Positions 9,375 to 19,081 of a stretch of DNA of 64,000 nucleotides are shown here, piece after piece; the first letter of the stretch is position 1; every line of letters starts with the position of its first letter. The stretch is from Oscillospiraceae bacterium (GTDB taxonomy: Bacteria; Bacillota; Clostridia; Oscillospirales; Ruminococcaceae), in assembly GCA_051882725.1 (NCBI GenBank), contig JBJESJ010000149.1, positions 142 to 64,141 of the forward strand. The letters run 5' to 3'. Under the pieces are notes generated by a model. That model was given only the letters and a program-made list of their open reading frames with translations. It did no database searches and was not told the origin of the DNA. The translations under genes and the position numbers were made by a program.

Positions 9375-10215
9375 AATAAACAGGGCAGGATATGTTTTCG
9401 ACTCCAATCCCGTGGAGCTTGCCATAGAAAAAACACCCGATCAGCTTGAAGAAAAGCTCGAAGAGGAAATGTCCCCGGAGGAGCTTGAACGCTACAACGA
9501 ACAGAAAAGGGCTGAAGAGGAAAAACGCAGATTCAGCGAAGCGGTCGATATGCGCGTGAATGAGATACTTTCCGCGCATAGGAATTCCGTCAACGATGAG
9601 GCGGCGAAAATTCTCGACGCAGCCAACGTTAATGCGCAGCTGCTGTCGGAGAATGCAAAGAATACCGCTGCCGAGCTGCTCCGTAAGGCGCAGGCGGAAT
9701 GTGACAGTATCAAGGAGCAGGCCCGCAAGGAGGGCTTCGCTCAGGGCTTCGACGAGGGCAGAAGCGCTGCAGAGAAAAAATGCAGCAGCTACCTTGAAGC
9801 GTCGGGCAGATTCTTAGAGGAGATCAACGCCCACAAGGAGGCGTACTACATCTCCAACGAGGAGGAGCTGCGGAAGACCGTTATGGACGCCGTGGAAAAG
9901 ATAGTGCTGGAAAAGCTTCACCGTGACGACGAGGTCGTTGAACGCATCATCGGACGGGCGGCGAAGAATTTCCGAAACTCGGACTATGTGAAGATATCAC
10001 TGCTTCAGGGCGAGGTCTCCAAGGAGTTCTGCACCGACAAGGAGTATGTGAAAAATATCGCGGCGGGGATCCCCGATATAGATATCGAGTTCCTTCCTCC
10101 CGATGAAACTCCCGAGGGCACAGTTATTCTGGACAACGGCTCAGAGATGATAGACGCTTCCGTTCCCACACAGCTTGAATTCCTTAAGGAGATCATGGGG
10201 AACGCGGGCAGATGA
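9367..10215 (+). CDS. fliH: Flagellar export ATPase regulator FliH (start uncertain)
   Basis: Charged coiled-coil N-terminal half and a C-terminal FliH-like domain, between fliG and fliI. The only in-frame start near the fliG stop is TTG 9367. Confidence 0.7.
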   Translation: MLKINRAGYVFDSNPVELAIEKTPDQLEEKLEEEMSPEELERYNEQKRAEEEKRRFSEAVDMRVNEILSAHRNSVNDEAAKILDAANVNAQLLSENAKNTAAELLRKAQAECDSIKEQARKEGFAQGFDEGRSAAEKKCSSYLEASGRFLEEINAHKEAYYISNEEELRKTVMDAVEKIVLEKLHRDDEVVERIIGRAAKNFRNSDYVKISLLQGEVSKEFCTDKEYVKNIAAGIPDIDIEFLPPDETPEGTVILDNGSEMIDASVPTQLEFLKEIMGNAGR

Positions 10216-10279
10216 CGAAAACATATACGATATGTAATATATAATATCAAGTATACAGCAGGTATTGCGGAGTGAGGAT

Positions 10280-11587
10280 ATGGATTTTGCCGAGATACGT
10301 AATCAAATAAGACGTGCCGATCTGTATCGATATCAGGGAAAGATCGAGAAGATCGTCGGAATGACCATTGAGGCAAGCGGTCCGCTGTGCAATATCGGCG
10401 ACGTATGCCGCATATATAAGGATGGCAGCTCCGGAGACGCTATCTTCGGAGAGGTCGTGGGCTTTAATCATGGAAAGGTAATGCTCATGCCTTACACCGA
10501 TATCGAGGGCATCGGCCCCGGCTCCATCGTGGACAATACCGGGGACAAGCTTAAGGTCGGCGTGGGCAGCGGGCTTATCGGACGGGTCATCAACGCTGTG
10601 GGCGAGCCGATAGACGGCAAGGGTCCTGTTGAGACTCATCAGTCTTACTCCATCGCGGGAGAGCCTGTCAATCCTCTGACAAGACCCGCGATAAAGGATA
10701 TAATCCCTTTCGGGGTAAAGGCTATAGACGGACTTCTCACTATCGGAAGAGGTCAGCGTATGGGAATTTTCGCAGGCTCAGGCGTGGGAAAATCAACGCT
10801 GCTCGGCATGATAGCACGAGAGGTCAAGGCAGATATCAACGTGATCGCACTGGTGGGAGAGCGTGGACGAGAGGTACTGGAGTTCATCGAAAGAGACCTC
10901 GGTCCCAAGGGTATGGCGCGTTCCGTGCTTGTGGTGGCGACCTCCGACCAGCCTGCGATGATGAGAAATAAATGTCCCATGGCGGCCACCGCCATTGCGG
11001 AGTATTTCAAGGATCAGGGCAAGGATGTGCTGCTGATGATGGATTCTCTTACGAGATTCGCCATGGCGCAGCGTGAGATAGGTCTTGCCGTGGGAGAGGC
11101 TCCCATAGCAAGAGGCTATACTCCGTCCATATATACCCAGATGCCCAAGCTCCTCGAACGGGCGGGCAACTTTGAAAAAGGCTCTATCACGGGAATATAT
11201 ACCGTTCTCGTGGAGGGCGACGACACTAACGAGCCTATCTCCGATACCGTACGCGGTATAATCGACGGACATATAATTCTTTCAAGAAAGGTCGCGGCGC
11301 AGAATCACTACCCCGCTATTGCCATACAGGAGTCGGTATCCCGTCTTATGTCGGAGATAGCCACTCCCGAGCATAAGGCGGCGGCGGCAAAGCTCCGCAA
11401 TCTTATGGCGACGTATAACGCAAACTACGACCTCGTATCCATCGGCGCATATAAAAAGGGCACAAATCATGCGCTGGACGAAGCTATCCGCAAGATAGAC
11501 AGGATAAATAATTTTCTCTGTCAGTCCACAGACGAGGCTTTTTCCTTTGAGGATACGGTAAAACTGCTCTCAGAAGCTGTAAAGTGA
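10280..11587 (+). CDS. fliI: Flagellum-specific ATPase FliI
   Basis: ATG 10280 after GGAGTGAGGA. Walker A GSGVGKSTLLGMI and Walker B DVLLMMDSLTR. Confidence 0.93.
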   Translation: MDFAEIRNQIRRADLYRYQGKIEKIVGMTIEASGPLCNIGDVCRIYKDGSSGDAIFGEVVGFNHGKVMLMPYTDIEGIGPGSIVDNTGDKLKVGVGSGLIGRVINAVGEPIDGKGPVETHQSYSIAGEPVNPLTRPAIKDIIPFGVKAIDGLLTIGRGQRMGIFAGSGVGKSTLLGMIAREVKADINVIALVGERGREVLEFIERDLGPKGMARSVLVVATSDQPAMMRNKCPMAATAIAEYFKDQGKDVLLMMDSLTRFAMAQREIGLAVGEAPIARGYTPSIYTQMPKLLERAGNFEKGSITGIYTVLVEGDDTNEPISDTVRGIIDGHIILSRKVAAQNHYPAIAIQESVSRLMSEIATPEHKAAAAKLRNLMATYNANYDLVSIGAYKKGTNHALDEAIRKIDRINNFLCQSTDEAFSFEDTVKLLSEAVK

Positions 11588-11612
11588 GGACCATTGAAAG
11601 GAAGTTATCGTA

Positions 11613-12059
11613 TTGAAGCGCTTTAATTTCACGCTGGAAAAGCTGCTGGACTATAAGGATCAGGTGCTTTCCAAGGAAAAGAACGACCTTGCACAGCTGC
11701 GCGCCGAAAGACAGCAGCGGGAGGACGAAAAGGCGGAGCTTGAAGAAAAGCTGCGTATTTCCGGCGAGGAATACGCCGAAATGGCTGCAAGGGGCATGAC
11801 GGTAAATGATATAACCATGTTCAAGAATTTCCACAGCGCGCTCATAAGACAGATAAAGGACAAGGAAGACGAAATGGCTGCTCTTGACGGCAGGATAGCA
11901 GGTCAGACCAATGTGGTCGTGGAGGCTTCCAAGGACGTGAACTCTCTTGAAAGACTCAAGGACAAGCAGCTCGAAGAATACCGCTTCGCAGTGAATAAGA
12001 GCGAGGAGCAGTTCATTGAGGAGTATGTCAGCGTAAGCTCCTTCAGGAGAGCACAGTAA
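11613..12059 (+). CDS. fliJ: Flagellar export chaperone/stalk protein FliJ
   Basis: 148-aa coiled coil, FNFTLEKLLDYKDQVLSKEKNDLAQL, directly after fliI. Confidence 0.8.
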   Translation: MKRFNFTLEKLLDYKDQVLSKEKNDLAQLRAERQQREDEKAELEEKLRISGEEYAEMAARGMTVNDITMFKNFHSALIRQIKDKEDEMAALDGRIAGQTNVVVEASKDVNSLERLKDKQLEEYRFAVNKSEEQFIEEYVSVSSFRRAQ

Positions 12060-12221
12060 AAGGAATCGCTTATCAATGGCGAAGCCATCGTTTCCGACAC
12101 GCGAAAATCCTTTACTGAGAGTGTCGAGAAACGATTTGATCAGCGGTTCATTATGGTCAGACCGCTTCGTTACGGCGGGGCGTTTTGATATATACTATTA
12201 TATATGAAAGGAGGTTTTGCA

Positions 12222-13802
12222 GTGGATATGACAAATATCGCAGTCTTAGGCGGTGCATTTTCGGCTTTGACGGCGGGAACGGGCAGTACGGTCTCCGATT
12301 TTTCGGGCGTATCGGACGGCAGCTCCTTCAAGGGCATACTTGGCGGACTTATGAGCATTCCCACGGACAGCACAGTGGATATTTCGGCTGCGGAGGTATT
12401 TTCTCCCGAAGCGCTTTCCGCGGATAATGTTACTGCGGAAGTAATGTCGGAGAGCACGGAAACCGCGCTAAAATACCTTGTGGGTTCCTATTTACAGTCT
12501 GCAATGAAGTCGGCGGAAAACGAAAAATCGGGCAATACCGACCTGTTCGATTTCCTGTTCACAGACGGCACCGACTCCGAGGATACGGACTATACCGATA
12601 TCTGGCAGCAGCTGTTCGACAGCCTGACAAGCGCGGATATCACGCAGATATCGAACTTTTCGGCGGAGCTTTCCACGGCGCTTTTCGGCGGAGGTAAGGA
12701 CGATGAAAAGTCATCGGGCGACCTGCTTGCGGGACTTTTCGACAATATCAGCCTTGCCCGCATGAAGCTTAAATCCGACGTGAAGTACGACGATACGGCG
12801 TTATCTGCACTGGCGGCAGGCGGGATGTTCTCGTTCATAAGCTTTGCGGATATATCCCCCGAAAACAGCGAGGGCGAGCAGCAGCTCGATACTCAGCTTG
12901 CGGCGCTTATCGGCGCAGCGGACGATGAAACTATCGGTCAGCTTGCACAGGAGCTTGCGGAAGCAGTTTCGGCAGCGGCGGAGAGATCGTCGGAAATGAC
13001 CGGGTTCTCCGAGGAGATGGTCACGGTGACGCCCGAAGCTTCACAAACAGCTTCGCAGACAGCTGCCGCAGGAGCGCAGACAGCCGATATGAGCGGGGCA
13101 GAAAATGTAACGTTCATTTCCTTTGCTGTTAACAGAAACGTCAGAGCGGCGGATATTTCCCCCGAAGACGGCGCAGTTACCGAGAGCAGCGAAAAGGTGC
13201 TCCCCAAGATAGGCACCGGGTCAGCCGAGCTTAACGATGAAGCGGCTGCCGCAGAACTGGGACAGGGTCCCCGGACATCACAGGTGCAGCTTTCCGAGGA
13301 AACAGAAGCTGTCCCCGAGGAAACACATTTTAAGACCATGGAGCAGATCATCGAAAAGCTGGAACAGCAGGCGGACGGCTTTACGGAAAGCAAGGAGCTT
13401 GTTATCAGACTTACTCCCGAAACGCTGGGCGAGATCACGGTGAAGATCGAAAAGATGGCAGACGGTGCGGTATCCCTGACATTTGCGGCGCAGAACCGCG
13501 ATGTGAACGAGCTTATCGCCGACAGGTCGGCACAGCTTGCACAGGCGCTTTCCGATAAGGGCACAGAGGTCGGCAGCATAAATGTTGTTGAGCCTGCACA
13601 GTCGGGACAGGATCTTGCGTTTGATATGAACGGCGGACAGAATGCTTTCAGCTTCAGACAGCAGGGTATGGGAAGCCATCACAGAACAGACGGCACTAAT
13701 TTTGACAGCGAGGAAGAGGACGAACTGACAGTCGGCGGTGTTTCACAGATTGCAGACGCCGATTATATTGCAAAGGAGGCAAAACTATGGAAGAGAATTT
13801 AG
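12222..13802 (+). CDS. fliK: Flagellar hook-length control protein FliK
   Basis: C-terminal Flg_hook-like domain ELVIRLTPETLGEITVKIEKMADGAVSLTFAAQNRDVNELI. GTG 12222 lies 7 nt after AAAGGAGG; the ORF-track ATG 12204 overlaps that RBS. Confidence 0.8.
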   Translation: MDMTNIAVLGGAFSALTAGTGSTVSDFSGVSDGSSFKGILGGLMSIPTDSTVDISAAEVFSPEALSADNVTAEVMSESTETALKYLVGSYLQSAMKSAENEKSGNTDLFDFLFTDGTDSEDTDYTDIWQQLFDSLTSADITQISNFSAELSTALFGGGKDDEKSSGDLLAGLFDNISLARMKLKSDVKYDDTALSALAAGGMFSFISFADISPENSEGEQQLDTQLAALIGAADDETIGQLAQELAEAVSAAAERSSEMTGFSEEMVTVTPEASQTASQTAAAGAQTADMSGAENVTFISFAVNRNVRAADISPEDGAVTESSEKVLPKIGTGSAELNDEAAAAELGQGPRTSQVQLSEETEAVPEETHFKTMEQIIEKLEQQADGFTESKELVIRLTPETLGEITVKIEKMADGAVSLTFAAQNRDVNELIADRSAQLAQALSDKGTEVGSINVVEPAQSGQDLAFDMNGGQNAFSFRQQGMGSHHRTDGTNFDSEEEDELTVGGVSQIADADYIAKEAKLWKRI

Positions 13803-15574
13803 CCATTGATTCCGCGAATGGCGCGGTCACTCTGAAATATTATTCCACAAAGGTCGATACGGATGCAGACGCAGACGCTTCCAGCTATCTCGACTTTGAC
13901 GGATATCTGCAGCTTATGGTGGCTCAGATGTCCAATCAGGATTTCAACGATCCTATGAGCGATTCGGAGTTTATCCAGCAGATGGCAAGCTATTCCATGA
14001 TGGAAGCCATCTCAAAAATGACAGAGCAGTCTCAGGTATCCTATGCAGCTTCTCTGGTAGGAAAGGCTGTTACCGTCAACGACGGAAGCAACATTGATAC
14101 AGGCGTTGTGGAGAGCGTTATCATCAGCGACGGCAAGTATCAGCTGCTTGTGAACGGCTCGAAGTACGACTCCGACAAGGTCACCGATATCGTTGATACC
14201 AACACCTATAATACCCTCAGCAAGATCATCGGCATGAACGGCACCGTTAAGGACAGCGATCTCGGCGAGTATACCGGCAAGATAACCAATATCATCGTTA
14301 AGGGCGGCGAGGGCTATGCTGTTATCAACAACAGGCTCTATGCGTTCTCCGAGATATCCAACATAACTGCCGATACCGAGAATGACGCTTCTGATGAAGC
14401 AGGCTCGGCCGATACCGACAATACCGTTTCGGAAGGCGCGGCAGATAATACTGCGGCAGAAAATACCGTTACCGACGATACCGCTGCACAGACCGAAGCT
14501 GCGGCAAATTCGGGCGTGGCTCAGTATGCTTCCGTATCGGATTCACAGGCTTCCATGTTTCTCGCAGAGGACGGCTATGACTACAGCAGCGCACTGAACG
14601 ATTACGCAGATGCTAAGCTCGCAGAATACTACAGCTCCATTGCGAACGAGGACGAAGAGGAAGAATACTACTACGAAGAATTTGAGGACGACGAAGAGGA
14701 AAGCTTTACCGATGTTCTGGGCGCTTATCTTTCTCCCATGGAAAGAGCACAGGCAGCACAGCGTACAGCGGTTCTCGGCAGCGACGGCTACTATACCACA
14801 GAGGTGGAGGACGTTTCTTCACTTTCGGGCGTGAACGATCATTCCGATGAAAAGGGCATCACCGTCAGAGAGTCAACTGCAATGAGCAGCGCAGACAATG
14901 TTGACGACGAAGAGCTTCTTATCGAGGAGGAAGATGATATCGACCTGAGCAATATCGCAGCGTCGGGCTCCGACAGCGAAAGCGGACAGATATCAAGCTA
15001 CATGACCTCTTCTATAAACCCCGACCGCGGACTGACCGAGATATATGAGGACCCCGGAGTTCAGCTGGGAGTTACCGTGGGAAGCAACAGCGCATACGAT
15101 CAGTGGCCTCCCGTGTACAGAGCATTCCAGAATAAATATCCCGCAGAAGCGGCACTTGCAAATGAACTGGGCACAAAAATGTGCGATATCAGATTCATTC
15201 ACAATACCGATATCAACTCGGTCATCAATACCGATACTATTCTCGGAAGCACCGTAAGCGGCAAGTATTTCACCGATATCGGCTACAGCGGCAAGGGCAA
15301 GCTGGGCGAGGTAGTAACATGGGCTGACGGAACACAGCGCGTTGAGATAATCAGCAGCAGCGGCTCCACATGGTATACCACATCGGGCAACTATACTCTT
15401 GACGAGATATGCGATTTTTCCACCAATTTCAACATTGCGGACAAGCTGACTATCTTTGAGAAGGTCATCAGAGCCGCAGCTAAGGAGTATACCGCTGAGG
15501 AACAGGCTATCCTTAACAGCTACAGCAATGCATGGGCACAGCATGCGTACTTTAATTCCGACACATTGTTATGA
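13787..15574 (+). CDS. flgD: Hook assembly/capping protein FlgD with a roughly 450-aa C-terminal extension
   Basis: RBS AAGGAGG. The first ~145 aa are FlgD-like (LDFDGYLQLMVAQMSNQDFNDPMSDSEFIQQMASYSMMEAISKM...VGKAVTV). An acidic low-complexity tract and an unassigned C-terminal domain follow. Confidence 0.75.
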   Translation: MEENLAIDSANGAVTLKYYSTKVDTDADADASSYLDFDGYLQLMVAQMSNQDFNDPMSDSEFIQQMASYSMMEAISKMTEQSQVSYAASLVGKAVTVNDGSNIDTGVVESVIISDGKYQLLVNGSKYDSDKVTDIVDTNTYNTLSKIIGMNGTVKDSDLGEYTGKITNIIVKGGEGYAVINNRLYAFSEISNITADTENDASDEAGSADTDNTVSEGAADNTAAENTVTDDTAAQTEAAANSGVAQYASVSDSQASMFLAEDGYDYSSALNDYADAKLAEYYSSIANEDEEEEYYYEEFEDDEEESFTDVLGAYLSPMERAQAAQRTAVLGSDGYYTTEVEDVSSLSGVNDHSDEKGITVRESTAMSSADNVDDEELLIEEEDDIDLSNIAASGSDSESGQISSYMTSSINPDRGLTEIYEDPGVQLGVTVGSNSAYDQWPPVYRAFQNKYPAEAALANELGTKMCDIRFIHNTDINSVINTDTILGSTVSGKYFTDIGYSGKGKLGEVVTWADGTQRVEIISSSGSTWYTTSGNYTLDEICDFSTNFNIADKLTIFEKVIRAAAKEYTAEEQAILNSYSNAWAQHAYFNSDTLL

Positions 15575-15600
15575 GCCCTAACGGAAAGGAATGAGCGTAA

Positions 15601-16059
15601 ATGCTTATAAGCGAATATTTGCAGCTCAGAAATATTTCGCAGGTCATTCCCACAGGCACCTCCGACGTATCTGCAGGCAGAAGCGATAACGCCGAAAGCA
15701 GCAGCGGCGCGGCAGGATCGCCATTTGCGGCGGAGCTTCAGAAACAGCTGGACGCTGCGGGCAGGATAACGGAAGTAAATGCAGAGGACTTATCGGAACA
15801 ATCGGGCGTGGATTTCTCGAAGCACGCCGTTGAACGGATAAACGAGCGCAGGATAGACCTCTATTCCGACGGCAGGCTCGAACGGCTCAGCAGGGCGGTT
15901 TCGCTGGCGGAGGAAAAGGGCTCGGACAATGCACTGATACTCATAGATCAGGCGGCGTTTCTGGTAAGCGTGAAAAACAATAAGGTAATTACGACCGTAA
16001 ATACCGAGGAAATGACAGGGAATATTTTTACAAACATTGACTCTACGGTGATCATGTAG
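15601..16059 (+). CDS. Small flagellar operon protein of the family usually found between flgD and flgE in Firmicutes and spirochaetes
   Basis: FSKHAVERINERRIDL...ALILIDQAAFLVSVKNNKVITTV resembles the conserved flagellar operon protein. Family assignment is from memory, not searched. Confidence 0.6.
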   Translation: MLISEYLQLRNISQVIPTGTSDVSAGRSDNAESSSGAAGSPFAAELQKQLDAAGRITEVNAEDLSEQSGVDFSKHAVERINERRIDLYSDGRLERLSRAVSLAEEKGSDNALILIDQAAFLVSVKNNKVITTVNTEEMTGNIFTNIDSTVIM

Positions 16060-16153
16060 GTATGGATTCGGACTCGGAAGAGAAAATCCTCCGCCCCGAA
16101 CGACAGAAGGGCGGACATGCATGATCTCCCATATAGAAAAGGAGATTTGATCA

Positions 16154-17566
16154 ATGGTAAGATCACTTTATTCGGGCGTTGCGGGCCTTACAGCCCATCA
16201 GACCAGAATGGACGTAATAGGCAACAATATCGCAAACGTCAATACATATGGCTTCAAGGCTTCAAGAACGAGCTTCTCCGATATCTACTATCAGGCGAAG
16301 AAATCGGCTACGGGCGGCTCCGCTACCTTTGCGGGAAATAACGAGTCCGCAGTGGGCTACGGCGTTGAGGTAAGCTCTATCGACAAGGATATGTCGGCTT
16401 CCTCCTTCCAGACCACAAACCGTACTCTTGACTTGGCAATAAGCGGCGACGGCTTCTTCATCACGGGAACCGTTACCAGCCTCGGAAACGTTGAGAGCGT
16501 AAATTATACAAGATACGGCGGCTTCGGCGTTGACTCCGAGGGAAATCTCGTAAATACACTTAACCGCTTTGTTCTCGGTACCGTAAACGACGGCGATTAT
16601 TCCTCTATCCTCATGGATGCGAAGATACCTGCGGAAAATGCCAGCGATCTTGATATCATCAATGTAAACGATCTGGTATGGGACGCATTCAAGGATTATA
16701 CCCAGATAGACTTCGTTGACGTTCCCGAAAAGTACAGAACTACCGACGCTACAGCGGGCACTACCCAGACTCTGTTCACAGGCGTTGACCCCACCGATAC
16801 TACTAATCAGATAGCTTACGACCGTGATACCTCGGGAAATACCGTGAGAACGGACGATGACCTTGCTATTCCCACCGATACTCCCACCGAGGTCGCTGCC
16901 GATTATATCATCTATAACGTAAACGGCAAGTATATCAATACGCAGGGCGTTGAGTTCGACCCCGATACGGGTTATTACCTGGACGAGAACGGCAACTACT
17001 ACTCCTTCACCGCAACTACTACAAAGGACGAAAACGGCGACGTTCTCAAGACCTATCAGTATACTCTTCAGGAGGTCGATGAAAACGGCAGACCTACCGG
17101 TACGGCTACCGATCAGGTATATACCTACAACTCCACAAACAAGACCTTCGAGTCCACCGATGAAAGAGGAAATACCATCTACGCCGATATGAAGGTGCGC
17201 TCGCTGGCATACAGCGACTTAGAGGGCTTCTCGGTAGGCTCCGACGGCGTGCTTACGGCTACATACGCAAGCCAGATCAAGAAGCTGGCAAGGATCGAGA
17301 TCGCTACCTTCGACAACGTTGAGGGTCTCGAGCAGCTGGGCGAGACTGCATTCGGTGAGTCCTCCGCTTCGGGCAAGGCGAATATCAAGGCTCCCGGCTC
17401 CTCGGGCGCAGGAAAGGTCGCTTCTTCAAAGCTGGAGATGTCCAACGTTAACCTTGCAAGCGAGTTTTCCGATATGATCGTAACACAGAGAGGCTTCCAG
17501 GCTAACGCACGTATCATCACCACCTCCGATTCCATGCTTGAAGAGCTTGTAAACCTTAAGAGATAA
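16154..17566 (+). CDS. flgE: Flagellar hook protein FlgE
   Basis: MVRSLYSGVAGLTAHQTRMDVIGNNIANVNTYGFK N-terminus; LEMSNVNLASEFSDMIVTQRGFQANARIITTSDSMLEELVNLKR C-terminus. Confidence 0.93.
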   Translation: MVRSLYSGVAGLTAHQTRMDVIGNNIANVNTYGFKASRTSFSDIYYQAKKSATGGSATFAGNNESAVGYGVEVSSIDKDMSASSFQTTNRTLDLAISGDGFFITGTVTSLGNVESVNYTRYGGFGVDSEGNLVNTLNRFVLGTVNDGDYSSILMDAKIPAENASDLDIINVNDLVWDAFKDYTQIDFVDVPEKYRTTDATAGTTQTLFTGVDPTDTTNQIAYDRDTSGNTVRTDDDLAIPTDTPTEVAADYIIYNVNGKYINTQGVEFDPDTGYYLDENGNYYSFTATTTKDENGDVLKTYQYTLQEVDENGRPTGTATDQVYTYNSTNKTFESTDERGNTIYADMKVRSLAYSDLEGFSVGSDGVLTATYASQIKKLARIEIATFDNVEGLEQLGETAFGESSASGKANIKAPGSSGAGKVASSKLEMSNVNLASEFSDMIVTQRGFQANARIITTSDSMLEELVNLKR

Positions 17567-17590
17567 TTTTCCCCCGCTTCGGGAAATTTT
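17567..17590 (+). terminator. Weak terminator/attenuator hairpin directly after flgE
   Basis: TTTTCCC-ccgcttc-GGGAAAT followed by TTTT. Confidence 0.4.
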
Positions 17591-17623
17591 ACGGGATATA
17601 TATTCACATTGTGAGTATATATT

Positions 17624-17662
17624 CCTCAACGGTTCGGAAAGTCTCTTTCCGCATCGTTGAGG
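17624..17662 (+). other. Strong nested stem-loop between flgE and flbD (possible mRNA stabiliser or processing site)
   Basis: CCTCAACG (17624-17631) pairs with CGTTGAGG (17655-17662). The inner stem is CGGAAAG-tctc-TTTCCG. No U-tract follows. Confidence 0.55.
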
Positions 17663-17696
17663 AGTATATATCAAATGAAAGGGATAAATATATCAT

Positions 17697-18056
17697 ATGA
17701 TAAGACTCAACAGATTAAACAGAACGGAAATTCTTGTGAACGAGAATTTCATAGAGATAGCGGAGGAGGCTCCCGATACGGTGGTCACCATGCAGAACGG
17801 ACACAGCTTTACCGTGCAGGAAACTGTTGACGAGATATTGGCAGCGTCGCACAGCATGGGCACATGGTCTCGCTTTGCAAAGCTGACAAGGCTAAAGGGA
17901 AGCGTTATCCTTGTGAATCTCAGCTTCCTTGAAATGGCGGAAGAGGTGCCCGATACGGTGCTTATCACCCAGAACAGCCACAGCTATACAGTCAGAGAAA
18001 AAATAGACGAGATACAGGCAAAATCGGAAAACTTCCGGAATGGCGTCTTTGAGTAA
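17697..18056 (+). CDS. flbD: FlbD-family flagellar protein made of two tandem FlbD modules
   Basis: IRLNRLNRTEILVNENFIEIAEEAPDTVVTMQNGHSFTVQETVDEILA and AKLTRLKGSVILVNLSFLEMAEEVPDTVLITQNSHSYTVREKIDEIQA. Confidence 0.8.
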   Translation: MIRLNRLNRTEILVNENFIEIAEEAPDTVVTMQNGHSFTVQETVDEILAASHSMGTWSRFAKLTRLKGSVILVNLSFLEMAEEVPDTVLITQNSHSYTVREKIDEIQAKSENFRNGVFE

Positions 18057-18092
18057 AAATAATCGGCATGTCGCCGGATAGGAGTATAATAT

Positions 18093-18881
18093 ATGAATAT
18101 AACCTTGATCGTGGGCTGGGTAATCGCGTTCGGCCTCACAGTTTTCGGAATCCTTTCGGGAGGTAAGCTCAGCGATTTCTGGGACCCTGCGTCGGTCGCT
18201 ATCGTTGTGGGTGGTACTATAGGAGCAGTCATCGCAAATTTTCCGCTGTCTACTCTGAAAAACGTGGGCAAGCTCATGGGTATCGCGCTCAAGTGCCCTA
18301 AGTACGACCCCGATAAATATATCGCAGATATGGTGGACTACTGCAAGACCGCCCGTCAGAAGGGTATACTTGCTCTTGAAGAGCAGGCAAACGCCTGCAC
18401 CGATACATTTATGAAGTCGGCGCTTATGCTTATCGTTGACGCCAACGACTCCGAAAAGGTAAAGTCCATGCTGGACGACTCGATCGACTTCCTCTGCGAC
18501 CGTCACGACCAGAACAGTGCGATCTTTTCCCGTGCGGCAGGCGTTGCTCCTGCGTTCGGAATGGTCGGCACCCTCTGCGGACTTATCGGAATGCTCGGTA
18601 CTCTGGACCCCAACGACCCCGAGTCCGCTTCAAACCTCGGACCTCAGATGTCTACGGCACTGGTAACGACATTCTACGGAAGCCTTCTGGCTCACGTTAT
18701 ATTCACTCCTCTGGGAAATCAGCTCAACTACATACATAACAGTGAGGTCCTCTGCCTTCAGATAATCGAGGAGGGCACACTCGCCATTATTTCGGGAGCT
18801 AACCCCAGATTCGTCGAGGAAAAGCTCAGAATGATGCTTCCCCTCAACGCAAAGCCCAAGGATGCTCAGAGATCCGAGTAA
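18093..18881 (+). CDS. motA: Flagellar stator protein MotA
   Basis: APAFGMVGTLCGLIGML and MSTALVTTFYGSLLAHVIFTPLGNQL (MotA/ExbB channel motifs). Confidence 0.9.
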   Translation: MNITLIVGWVIAFGLTVFGILSGGKLSDFWDPASVAIVVGGTIGAVIANFPLSTLKNVGKLMGIALKCPKYDPDKYIADMVDYCKTARQKGILALEEQANACTDTFMKSALMLIVDANDSEKVKSMLDDSIDFLCDRHDQNSAIFSRAAGVAPAFGMVGTLCGLIGMLGTLDPNDPESASNLGPQMSTALVTTFYGSLLAHVIFTPLGNQLNYIHNSEVLCLQIIEEGTLAIISGANPRFVEEKLRMMLPLNAKPKDAQRSE

Positions 18882-18894
18882 GCTTTGCAGAAAA

Positions 18895-18936
18895 GCCCCA
18901 TCATGCGCCGTTTGCGGGGGCTGAATGATTTTTTGC
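18895..18936 (+). terminator. Possible terminator between motA and motB
   Basis: AGCCCC (18895-18900) pairs with GGGGCT (18918-18923), followed by a T6 run at 18930-18935. Large loop, so only moderate. Confidence 0.4.
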
Positions 18937-18967
18937 AAAAAAAATCCCAAATAATTTTGAAAAAGGG

Positions 18968-18996
18968 TAGAAATTTCTGCAATAATATGTTATAAT
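18968..18996 (+). promoter_or_regulatory. Candidate internal promoter upstream of motB
   Basis: TAGAAA, 17 nt, TGtTATAAT (extended -10, 18988-18996). Confidence 0.4.
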
Positions 18997-19081
18997 GTAT
19001 TTGTATTATATATTTCAGACGTTTCTCCCGTGACAGCTAAGCCGTGTTCCGACGGTGCGGCTGCTTTAAGGAGAGTTTTAT

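Noticed and set aside
12076-12207. A 43-codon ORF in the fliJ-fliK spacer, as a possible remnant of the ylxF-type gene found there in Bacillus
   Set aside because: It has no convincing RBS, no recognisable similarity, and is very short.
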